Source of the DNA: Eledone cirrhosa
Taxonomy: Eukaryota
Reading direction: 5' to 3'
NCBI GenBank assembly: GCA_964016885.1
Contig: OZ024741.1
Location: 155,062,001-155,126,000, forward strand
DNA: 64,000 bases
Made by a program: the position numbers and the translations under genes. Below, one piece after another: positions 1 to 11,230 of this stretch (its first letter is position 1; each line of letters begins with the position of its first letter). The notes beneath the pieces were generated by a model that was given only the letters and a program-made list of their open reading frames with translations, did no database searches and was not told the origin of the DNA.

Positions 1-41
1 ATGTAATTAACTACTGTATATATTGTTTGTGTTTACACATC

Positions 42-171
<130 letters not shown>

Positions 172-186
172 TAGTTCAACAACATT

Positions 187-254
187 TAGTTCACCATACT
201 GAGAACAAAGGTTTCACCTTATCGTGAAACATTTGGTCTTGGTATGGTGAACTA
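187..254. repeat. 68-nt hairpin (small fold-back; inverted copy of a hammerhead 3' half)
   Basis: tagttcaccatac...gtatggtgaacta pair, with inner gtttcac/gtgaaac and a 6-nt loop. GAGTGCTC motif ~20 nt downstream. Confidence 0.75.
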
Positions 255-361
255 CCAAATTCGTCCCATGGACTGAGTGCTCTACTACTACAGATATAAC
301 CCTCCAGTGTTATATACTATTATATATATTAGAATTGGTGCTCTGAAATAGCGATATATAT

Positions 362-770
362 ATGAATGTATATATAGTGTATTTTGCAATACAGTGTATG
401 CTTAATTAAAAGCATTTTGAAGACCATACGCTATTGTTTTAAAATAGTGACAATGTCACTTATTTAAATTTTCAGCAAACAGAGGAGATAAACTGACAGA
501 GCTCTGTTTCGTACTTTTTGGTACTTATCAAAGCTCACTACTCCAACACACATAAGAATCCAACACACATAATTTTCAGCAAACAGGAGGAGTAGTGAGC
601 TTTGGTAAGTACCAAAAAGTACGAAACAGAGCTCTGTCAGTTTATCTCCCTTGTTTGCTGAAAATTTAATAAGTGACATTGTCACTATTTTAAAATAATA
701 GCGTATGCTCTTCAAAATGCTTTTAATTAAGCATACAGTGTATTGCAAAATACACTGTATATACATTTAT
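362..770. mobile_element. Palindromic Penelope-type non-autonomous element with a hammerhead motif in each arm
   Basis: Arms 362-544 and 589-770 are reverse complements with few mismatches; flanked by TA-rich repeats. Confidence 0.8.
490..536 (-). ncRNA. Type I hammerhead ribozyme, U3-A8 core variant
   Basis: Minus strand reads gagct-TTGATAA-gtac caaaaa gtac-GAAA-cagagctctg-TC-agttt: stems I, II and III plus a GUC site. Confidence 0.7.
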
Positions 771-922
771 TATATATATATACATATACATACCGACAGA
801 ATTAAGGTGTTTGCTCCAACATAGCTGTATACATATATCTATGTGTATTTTGTATATCGAATAATATATGATATGTTTACGAATAAACATTTATTATTAT
901 CATCATTATTATTATTATTCAG

Positions 923-1260
923 GTTGGGACATTGAAAAGGGTGATCCTGATGGACTACAGCCGGCCATGCTGATATCATTGACCTGTCCAAAGTTGTGTG
1001 CTCGCCACTTCCAAGGACAACACCACTATCTGGGTGGACGGTATATACCACGTACTTTGGAACTTCGTTACGAGCTCAACCTTCCCAACTATCCCGGTGT
1101 TGATTGTGCAGTGGAGCTGAAGACACAACAGCACCATCCATCAGCCAGCCATAATACTAGCTCCACTATTTCTAATGTTACTACTACTACTAATGTTACT
1201 TCTAATGTTACTCACACTACCATTACTAATGCTAATACTAGTGCCTCATCCGCCTTATAG
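923..1260 (+). CDS. NAXE: Last coding exon of NAD(P)HX epimerase (YjeF_N / APOA1BP)
   Basis: Acceptor ttattcAG at 921-922. Translation [66 protein letters not shown] matches the NAXE C-terminus (GWDVE..LISLTAPK..HYLGGRF.P..Y.LNLP.YP). Stop TAG at 1258-1260. Upstream exons are outside the window. Confidence 0.93.
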
Positions 1261-1382
1261 AAGCACGTCCACATATTTAATTCTATCTGTCTATTTATAT
1301 ATCTATCTATTTATTTATTTGTCTGTCTGTCTATTTATCTATCTATCTATTAATTTATCTATTTATCTATCTAAATATCTAC

Positions 1383-1444
<62 letters not shown>

Positions 1445-1455
1445 CTCTCTCTCTC

Positions 1456-1511
<56 letters not shown>

Positions 1512-1574
1512 CAATAGCACTAACATAGTGTGGTTCATAATAGAGATGTATATAAAGGCATATATGATATGTAT

Positions 1575-2130
1575 ATGTATAATAAACACCCAAGAGACTC
1601 ACTATGGATATTTTAAGATGTGATCATATCACAGCCATCTCAGTAACCATGTATAAATACCAGACAGCTGTTTTGGGAATTGATCAGACATCAGTGACAT
1701 TTACTCACCCCGTACTGAGACAAAAATACGCTTATAGCTTATATGCTTTTTGTGAGACATTTGTGTGTTTATTGTACATAAACATATAGTACATTCTTTC
1801 ATATTAACCCTATTATTAACCACACCACATTAGCGCTACTGATAATAAATCCTAGCTGGTTAAGTTCACAATATATGCAAATGAGCATCTCTAAGTGATG
1901 TTAGGTTGGCTCTATATGCAAACGAGTATTTTCAGCTAATATCTCATATGCAAAAATGCATATAAACTATAAACATATTCTTGATTCAGTACCAAGTGAG
2001 TACATGTCACTGATGACAGAAGAAAATCCAGAAACACGTGTCTGACAGCTTCATATGGTTATTGAGATATCTGTGACATGACCACAGCTTAAAATATCCA
2101 TAGCATGACTCTTCTGTGGTTATTATACAT
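1575..2130. mobile_element. Older, diverged palindromic element with hammerhead motifs
   Basis: ~1575-1760 is a diverged reverse complement of ~1945-2130 (e.g. catcagtgacatttactcac vs gtgagtacatgtcactgatg; tatggatattttaag vs cttaaaatatccata). Confidence 0.7.
2005..2047 (+). ncRNA. Type I hammerhead motif with decayed stem II
   Basis: tgtca-CTGATGA-cagaagaaaatcca-GAAA-cacgtg-TC-tgaca: 5-bp stem I, palindromic stem III. Confidence 0.6.
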
Positions 2131-3086
2131 AAACATATAGTATATATATACACACTTACAAAGATAAATGAATAGATGTATATATCATGCATTTTTAACT
2201 ACATATATACATTTACATATATTCATATATATACATATATATATTCCTTCATCTCTATCAATGTTCTTGATATTTTAATTCTTATCAACTAAAATCTAAA
2301 CCAAAATTAAGAAAATATGATGATGATGATGGTGGTGATGATGATGATTATGATGGTCTTGGTGGTGACACTGATAATGTTGATGATGATGATTATGTGT
2401 TAACATAAATGTAAATCTCATCAGCAACACAGTTTCAGTCCCCCACACCTACTAAAATATACATTGCTAACATCTCCACCAACCCCCAAAGGAAAAGGCA
2501 AATACACCTTCAACACACAATCACTATATTCTTATTTTAACAATATCATACTTTATTATTTATTTTTATGTTGTTAACTTTCCAGTTCAGCTTTGCCTTT
2601 CATCCTTTCAGGGTCCATAAAAAAGTTTCAGTTACAAACTAAGGTGGATATAATTGACTTTCCTGCTCCTTCAAAAATTGCAGGCCTTGTGCCTAAATTG
2701 GAAACCATTATTATTATTTTGATTGGCAGATCATTAGAGTGTTGGACAAAATGTATTTAGTTATGGTCCTTAATATTTATAGTTCAATCCTGCACTGCTC
2801 AACTCTTTCTTTCATCCTTCTGGTTTCGGTAAAATAAAACCCAGTCAAGTGCTGGGATCTATATAATCAACTTTTCTCTCCCCTCCAAATTTGCTGGACT
2901 CATCATTATGATTATTATTGTCATCATCATCATCATCATAAAGGGGATTAAAATTTGAATTCTATCTTTGTTTTCCTGCTTACCAAATATATCAGCAAAG
3001 CTTGCCACTTCATTATATATGTGTACACACACATATATATCATCATTTTATGCCTGCTTTCCATGCTGGCATGGGTTGGTTGCATG

Positions 3087-3117
<31 letters not shown>

Positions 3118-3140
3118 CTATATATATATATACACACACA

Positions 3141-3176
<36 letters not shown>

Positions 3177-4096
3177 ATATATATATACATATATATACAT
3201 ATATAATATCATCACTATACTCCTCACACAAAATATGTGAGGTCTTATGAATATGTTAAAAATCATTATTTAATTGCATACCTTTACATTCTGAATTCAG
3301 ATCTGACTGAGATTAATTTTGTCTTTAACCCATCTGTTGACCAATAAAATATCACCCGACTAAATGCTGGTGTCACTAAAATGTATTATAATGTAATAAA
3401 TATATATACTTTGAGCTTAATGTAGGATAAATAGTAATTTATTAGCCCCTTTGGTACCACTCTGCCTGAAATGCCCTTGTTTGTTCTAAAGTGTTTATAT
3501 TATGCTCCAAACACCAGCTTAATAATGAGTAAACTATTATTTGTATTACTAATCCCTGCGAATTCTTCAAAATGATTTGAAAACCATAGGCAGTGTCTTT
3601 CATTAGACATATGGTAACAAAAGGGCTTAAGTGATTATATTTATTGAAAAACTTTCATCATAATTTTATGTAAGGACATTGTTTAGTTATATTCCAAACA
3701 CCAGCTGAATAATGAGAAAGTTAGCTATATTACTAAATCCCTCCAAATTTGTTAATATTTTCAAATTAATTAGAGAATCATAGGCTTCATTATAAATTTC
3801 GTAATAAAAGGCTTAAAGATATAACATAGTAGTGGGGCTGAGCACAATGGATACAGTGCTAAGTAGCCCTGTTTGGGATCTCATATTTCTCTGAATTCAA
3901 ATGATAACTGCCTGGGTTGATATGGCTTTTATGATTGCTTTTTATATAGAAGAAATACCAGTAACAAAATGGGATTTAAATTGAATCCAGAGCTAGCTTT
4001 ATCATAAAGCTGCTGTAAATGTATATTGTGATGTTGTTAATGTGTTAACACTTTCTAGTGTAAATCTGCTGGCAGTATATTGTAGATAAACATTAT

Positions 4097-4282
4097 AGGT
4101 GGATTGGCAGTATCGGTAGAGGGTCGGACGCCATGCTTTGATGCATAGAGTTACGGCCCTTGCTATTCTGAGTTCAAATCCCGCCGAGGTTAACTTTGCC
4201 TTTCATCCTTACGGGGTCGATAAAATAAAGTACCAGTAATGTACTGGGTAATTTCTGGCCTTGTGCCAATAGTAGAAACAAT
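4097..4282 (+). mobile_element. tRNA-derived SINE (family 1)
   Basis: tggcagtatcggtaga (A-box-like)...gagttcaaatccc (B-box)...tttgcctttcatcc...gtcgataaaataaagtaccag; near-identical to 17081, 30012, 30293 and 37050. Confidence 0.85.
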
Positions 4283-4305
4283 TATATACATATATTTATA
4301 CATAC

Positions 4306-4345
<40 letters not shown>

Positions 4346-4612
4346 TATAAATTGGGAACAACCTTTATTTCAGATATGTGTTATTAAAGATATGACTATG
4401 TTTGAGCTTTCACTTTTGTTTATCAGAGTTTTTCATATTTCTTGAGGATGAGACTAAGATGATGAGACTTGATGATGAGACTAAGATAGTCAATTGATTT
4501 AGAAACTTTGTTGTTCCACATGAGCTGCAAATGACTCATAGGAAAATATGAGAAAAATCTCATTAAAAAAGTGAAAACTCAAACATATTTGTCTTCAATA
4601 ACACACATCTGC

Positions 4613-4644
<32 letters not shown>

Positions 4645-5666
4645 TCAGTGAAAATATCAACAAAAAAGAGCACTCTATAGACAAACAGAACTAATACTTA
4701 TTTATTTTATTTATTATGATTCATATACGCAATACTTCATTTGCAACCAAAGGTTTCATGAGTTAACAAAGCCTGCATAAGTGCAAGCTATGGCTGTTAT
4801 TCATATCTTCAGGCAAATGTGCATCTAAATGGCTGAACATGTCAATGGATTGAAGATGTGTAGGCTTTGTACCAGAATACTGCAGGGTTTAAAATCATCT
4901 AAAGAATACATCAACTCCAAAGTGAAATTTTTCAGAAACTGCTTACACTTCAAAAAGTATGTCATTTCTTCCTTGAATCTACAATCTCCAGACCTACACC
5001 TTGCACAGCAAAATGGAAAAAAAAGCCCTCAAACTTATTTTACAACATTCTCACCCATAACTTCTTTCACTCATTCATTTTATGTACATCCTTCTTTCCC
5101 CAAGATGGGTTTAACATACTATTAGATTAACATGAGCTTTCTGACCATGAACATTTAGATCCTCCTGTTCCTTTTCTAATCCTATTTTTCTTTCCTTACC
5201 TTTCCTCCTACTCAACTTTTACTTAACCTGCTACCAGGTTACCAGGTATGTCAATATGCTCACCATACATATGTAAAGTAAACCCTCTGACATAAGTACC
5301 CAATTGTGCTTTAAACAGCTAAATATCTGTCAGCATAAACATGTGTGTGTGTGAATGGGCATATTGATATAATTTGATGACATATGTGTTTATAGTGGAC
5401 AGATTAGCTTTGGGTATTTTTCTCTACTATTTTCAAATAGAAAAATGTTTTCATATGAGAGTTATTTCACCTCTATCACTTCTCTTCTTTCATGTTGTTT
5501 CTTATTTTTCCTCATACGTCCATATTTCTTCAAACCTTTTGTAAAATTTCATTCAGCTATTTGTATGCACATTTGCCTGAAGCTAAGATTAACCTCCAAA
5601 GTTTGCAGTTCTATAGGCTTTGTAGCTCATGAAATTTTTGATTGCAAATGGAATATTGTGAGTATG

Positions 5667-5670
<4 letters not shown>
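4645..5670. mobile_element. Palindromic hammerhead-bearing element with ~650-bp spacer and one-sided tail
   Basis: ~4720-4865 is a diverged reverse complement of ~5520-5670. Tail 4645-4720 contains aaaaaagagcactctat. Flanked by (TG)n and (TA)n. Confidence 0.7.
4738..4819 (-). ncRNA. Type I hammerhead ribozyme, apparently intact
   Basis: Minus strand reads catttgc-CTGAAGA-t-atgaataacagcc...tgca ctta tgca ggctttgttaactcat-GAAA-cc ttt gg-TT-gcaaatg; perfect 7-bp stem I. Confidence 0.75.
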
Positions 5671-5752
<82 letters not shown>

Positions 5753-5783
5753 ATATGTATGTATATATATATATATATATATG

Positions 5784-5845
<62 letters not shown>

Positions 5846-5877
5846 TGTATGTATATATGTATGTATGTATATATATA

Positions 5878-6240
5878 TATAGAAAAAAAGATGAAATCGA
5901 AAATGCAACTGGAGTCTTATTTTTAAAAATATATATATATTTATTTGGTTCCTTTACCGGTTTCGAAGTTCTTCTGCTTTTCAAAAGTAGAGTTGAGATG
6001 GAGGGTCTGTGGTTTTTCTCACATCTCACAGATGTGAGAAAAACCACAGACCCTCCATCTCAACTCTACTTTTGAAAAGCAGAAGAACTTCGAAACCGGT
6101 AAAGGAACCAAATAAATATATATATATTTTTAAAAATAAGACTCCAGTTGCATTTTCGATTTTATCTTTTTTTCTTTATAATTTCACTCGTGTAGGACAC
6201 CTCTGTTATTTTTCATTTTGTAAAAAAACCTCACTTTCTA
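5878..6240. mobile_element. Near-perfect ~150-bp-arm palindrome with 3-nt loop plus 60-nt tail, inserted in (TA)n
   Basis: Arms 5878-6026 and 6030-6180, loop CAC at 6027-6029. Contains TTGAAAA...CGAAACCGGTA, a hammerhead-like motif. Confidence 0.85.
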
Positions 6241-6274
6241 ATATATATATATATATATATACATACATACACAT

Positions 6275-6320
<46 letters not shown>

Positions 6321-6630
6321 GTATGTATATATGTACTTGTGCGTGTTTAATGGGAGATTTACTAATTGAAATGCAAGTAATATTACGTTTATCTGTTAAA
6401 TGTTCACTTGCTTACTATCTCTCTATTTTTGCTGCCTAGTTCTATGTAATATGTTTCAAGATATTAAACATTGTTGTTTCCATAACAATATCGTTTAGAG
6501 TATGCTCTGGTTAATGGGATTTTTTTTAACCTAATTTCATTGATCTGTTATGGTACAACGAAGTTGAAATTATTATATTTCAATCTAAATTTCTGTTATA
6601 TATATATATATATACACATATATATATATA

Positions 6631-6707
<77 letters not shown>

Positions 6708-7538
6708 AACTTTACATGAAAAGGAGGAATTTCTTCAAAATATATAGAAAAATTCCAATTTTTAAGTAAGATGTTTTATATCTAATAACAATTCCAGCTT
6801 TCACTCTTGACATTCTGTAATTATTTAACAGAAAATATCTAAAAATGGGCTTGTTAATTCAAATGTTTATAGTGTATTTACTAGTGGACAGTTCATTGTG
6901 AAAATTTGCAATATTAGAGTAAAGACTATAAATTTTAATGTGATGAAGTCATAGTGCTATTTTGTACTTTTCAAGAATGCCTTGATAATGTGGTTTCATG
7001 TGGACGTTGAATTAATGCAAGTCATTTTATGTTTAATTATAATAAAAATTAATTTCTTTGCCTCTAATTGGTTTCCAGTCATATTTCTATCAGTTTAATC
7101 AGAAACTGAGGGCTTCAAACAGAAAAATGAGATCCTCAATATATGTAATATTTTGAAATATTACACAGATACATACATAGCATCATCATCATTATCATCA
7201 TCATCATATTCATCATTGTTAACATCTACTCTCCTTGCTTGCTTGGGTTATGAGGGCTGTCCCATTATGAGGCTAGACAAGCCAGCTGACCATATCCTGC
7301 TCATATACTCTGTTTTGGCTCAGTTCTCTATGGCTGGATGCCCTTATTAATGGCAACCACATTACAGCATGCACTGAGATTTTTTATGGCACCAACACTA
7401 TCACCTTACAGGCTAAACTGAATGCCTTTTGTTATAACACCAGCACTTTCACTTTGCAGGGTCAGCTTTGTGCTTTTTTGCTTTTGGTAATAATATGACC
7501 AATTACAGAGTGGAGTGGATGTTTTTTTTTATATGTGT

Positions 7539-7594
<56 letters not shown>

Positions 7595-7595
<1 letters not shown>

Positions 7596-7904
7596 AAGTA
7601 ATTCTGTCGGAAAGGTCCAGGAAAAAAGAGTGCTCTATGTAAGTTACAGAGCTTAATAGTTATGTAATAAACAACATAAGATAATTATTTCATTTACCAG
7701 TGGTTTCTTGAAAGCAAACGAAATTGCTTTCAATCATCAGAATGAAAAAATCGTGGTGTATTTATTGACAGTGGACTTTAAAATCCACTGTCAATAAATA
7801 CACCAGGATTTTTTCATTCTGATGACTGAAAGCAAATTTCGTTTGCTTTCAAGAAACCACTCGTAAATGAAATAATTATCTTATGTTGTTTATTACATAA
7901 CTAT
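7595..7904. mobile_element. Palindromic hammerhead-bearing element with one-sided tail
   Basis: Arms 7656-7775 and 7784-7904. Tail 7595-7655 contains aaaaaagagtgctctat, the same motif as near 4670. Confidence 0.85.
7688..7747 (-). ncRNA. Type I hammerhead ribozyme, apparently intact
   Basis: Minus strand reads tttcatt-CTGATGA-ttgaaagcaa tttcgt ttgctttcaa-GAAA-cc act gg-TA-aatgaaa: 7-bp stem I, 10-bp stem II, GUA site. Confidence 0.8.
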
Positions 7905-7926
7905 ATATCCTACCTACCTACACAAT

Positions 7927-8250
7927 GGAGGCACATGGCTTAGTGGTTAGAGCATTGGCCTTGCAATCAAAAGGTTGTGAGTTCAATTCTCAGACCGGGT
8001 GATGTGTTGTTTCCTTGAGCAAGACATGTTCCAGTTTACTCAGCTGTAGAAATGAGATGATAGGGACTGGGGTCCCTATCATTTAACTGCAAAGTAGTCG
8101 TGGGGGTACCACAGCAAAAAAGCACCCAGCACTCACTGTAAATGAGGTTGGTGTTAGGAAGGGCATCCAGCTGTAGAAATCAAGCCAGAATCAGTTCCTG
8201 TCCCACCCTTGCAAGCAGGGAAAAGCGGACGTAAAATGAAATGATGATGT
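7927..8250 (+). mobile_element. tRNA-derived SINE (family 2) with RTE-derived 3' tail
   Basis: ggaggcacatggcttagtggttagagc...gagttcaattctc...ccttgagcaagac...ggaagggcatccagctgtagaaa...(atg)n tail. Confidence 0.85.
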
Positions 8251-8274
8251 AATGAAATGATATATATATATATA

Positions 8275-8504
8275 AGTAAGTTTGTTTTGAAACAGCGAGC
8301 AAAGTTTGAAATTTAGTAGAAATAGCTTTCACCGTATTTCAAAAAAATGTTTAGCCTGATAGCTAAACCCTTTAAAAATGGTAATGGATGAGTATTGACG
8401 TATTCATCCTTTTACATTTTTTAGAAGGTTTTAAACCCTGCTATCAGGCTAAAATTTCTTTAGTCAAAAAATACAGTGAAAGCTTCTATTTCTACTAAAT
8501 TTCA
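8275..8504. mobile_element. Degenerate palindromic element in (TA)n
   Basis: tgaaatttagtagaaatag/ctatttctactaaatttca, ttagcctgatagc/gctatcaggctaa and ggatgagta/tattcatcc pair; ~30-nt one-sided tail. Confidence 0.65.
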
Positions 8505-8639
8505 TATATATATATATATATATAAAGGTAGGAATTTGGAAGGAATTTATGACATTTCTATTCATCTTAATCACATTTCAACAAATGAAATGTGAACAAT
8601 ATGGCTAATGGAAGATTCTCAATTAAGCAGCATTCCAGT

Positions 8640-8925
8640 ATCATGATCATCATCATCATTTTACGTCCGCTTTTCCCTGCTTGCAAGGGTGGGACGGGAA
8701 CTGATTCTAGCTTGATTTCTACAGCTGGATGCCCTTCCTAACACCAACCTCATTTACAGTGAGTGCTGGGTGCTTTTTTGCCATGGCACCTCCACGACCA
8801 CTTTGCAGTGGAATGATATGGACCCTTGTCCCTATCATCTCATTTCTACAGCTGAGTAAACTGGAGCAATGTGAAATAAAGTGTCTTACTCAAGGAAACA
8901 ACACATCACCTGGTCTGAGAATTGA
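8640..8925 (-). mobile_element. SINE family 2, 5'-truncated
   Basis: Reverse complement of the 52927-53260 sequence. Confidence 0.85.
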
Positions 8926-10187
8926 GTATATAAAAGTAAATACTAGGATTCTAGCATAAAACCAAAAATTTACCGTAACACATTTTTTACACCTCATATA
9001 TTTTATTTTAAAATATACATATAGTTTAGGAAAAGAGGATCTCTTAAGGAAAAGGCATCTGAATAACCCAATATCAGAATGATAGCTGAAAGCAATGATA
9101 CTATTAATCTGTTAAATTAGGGGATGCTTAATTTAATGATAAATATAATGGCAAATTGTTTACATTGTGTTATAGAGAGAAAGGTGGGGAGCAAAGACAA
9201 AAAAGTGAGAGTAGGTGCATGGATTATAATACTTAGAGAGAGGGGAGAAAGAATAGGGAGTGTGAATACAATTTAGATATAAGAGATACTAAAACTATTG
9301 AAGAAAAATTGTGTTTAATAATCAAATTACAATGATCAAAGAATAATAGTCATAAAATTTGTAGCTATAAAAATGATAAAATTAGATATATATTTCAATA
9401 CATATAAAATGAGATTAGGATAGGTTAAAGTAATAGGTAATTCAAATAATATATGAATATTAATATAGATTTACATAAACATAAACTAGTAAACATATAT
9501 ACACATACATACATGTAAAAATACATATACATATGTGTGTGTGTATACATTTGTATACCAGCATAGAAAGGATATGTAATCAGATACACACCCATACCTA
9601 CAAACATATTTAAAAAATATATATTAATGAGAATATTTATAAATTACATATACAATTTTTACTTACTAATCAGTCAATATTGAAAAGTAATTAATTTACC
9701 TCTAATTAAAATTCAAGTTACAAAATAATACATATAATATGATAAAAAATAAAGATAGTTTGCAAAAAGGAATATAAACTATAAACCATTAGAATATGAA
9801 AAACAATTAATGAAATGGGGTAATTAGGGAGGTCTGAGTGTAAAATTTATTCACTGTTAAAAATTCAGAGTTAGGAAAGAAAAGACATCTTAAAAGAGTA
9901 AAATTACAAAAGTAATGGGAAGAAAAATAAAAATATAATTAAGGTTGGAACTAATCACCTATAGTAGAAAAAGGAATTTGGGCTATGTTGGGACATAGAT
10001 CTTATTAAAGAGTGAGCATGGTAATTTATGCAAGCAAGATAAATAATTTCATTTTTTTAATTCAATAATCTGGATCTTGACAATAATTTCAAAAGCTTCA
10101 GTTAAAGGTATGTTACATTCAACTCTGCCACCTTTGTATGGTTTTGCTTTGTTAATGATAGATAATTGAAGAGTATGTTAGGTTTCA

Positions 10188-11186
10188 GACCTCATTTACA
10201 GTGAGTGCTGGGTGCTTTTTTTCCATGGCACCTCCATGACCACTTTGCAGTGGGAAGATGTGGGGGCATATTGTCTATATGCTTCAGCTTCGGCTTGTGC
10301 CCGTGTGTGTGTGTGTGTGGGGGGGTCTTCTGTATTTCTGCATGATACCAGAGGTCACGGTCGTGTGTCATCGCCTTTGAGAGGTGTAATTGGGTAAGGT
10401 CGACTTTTATCACCTCATCCCAGGTCTTCTTGGGTCTCCCACTCCACGGTTTCCATCGACTTCTAGTGCTCTGCACCTTTTTATGCAGCTGTCATCCTTC
10501 ATACGCATCACATGTCCATACCAACGCAACCGCCTCTCCTGCACACAGCATTTGATTCCTCTTATGCTCAGTCTCTCTCTCAATTCGTTTATGCTTTGCT
10601 GTTCGTATATATTACTATTACACATCCATCGAAGCATGCAGGCTTCGTTTCTTTCTAATCTGCACAAGTCTTCTACAGACAACACCCAGGTCTTACTACC
10701 ATGTAACATTGCTGTTCGTATACACGCATCATACAGTCGGCCTTTCATTTTGAGGGAAAAGCCTTTTGCAGCTAGCAGTGGCAGTAGTTCCCTGAACTTC
10801 TTCCATCCCGTTCTTAACCTAGTTATTGAACTTTCCAAACACCCACCTCTACTGCTAATTTGGTCACCTAGGTAGCAGAAGCTGTCTACTGTTTCTACAG
10901 AGCCCTCCCTGAGTTTGGTGGTGCTTGTTTCCTGTGGCTGTTTGCTGCTTGCTGTCCAAGCGCAGCTGCTACATGTGAAGCCTACATTCTTAGTTAAGCT
11001 TCCTGAGATCCCACTACATCTCTTGTGTACCCATTTGGGGCAGAGGATGGAGTTCCTACCTACAGCTTTCCTACATACTGAGCAAGGCCATTTCCCTGTG
11101 GGGATCTGGGTTCTGTTTTCTCGTCTACTTACAAGGAACTTAGTCTTTGTCAGGTTGACTTTGAGACCCTTTCTTTCTAGTCCCTG

Positions 11187-11187
<1 letters not shown>
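10188..11187 (-). mobile_element. RTE-clade LINE 3' fragment
   Basis: ORF ..WKKFRELLPLL..YDACIRTAMLHGS..RLRWYGHVMRM..GRP; nearly identical to 49030-50040; truncated at (TA)n. Confidence 0.9.

Positions 11188-11230
<43 letters not shown>

Noticed and set aside
1175-6350. Many YIYIYI / HTHT ORFs in the ORF track
   Set aside because: These are translations of (TA)n/(CA)n microsatellites and palindrome arms, not genes.
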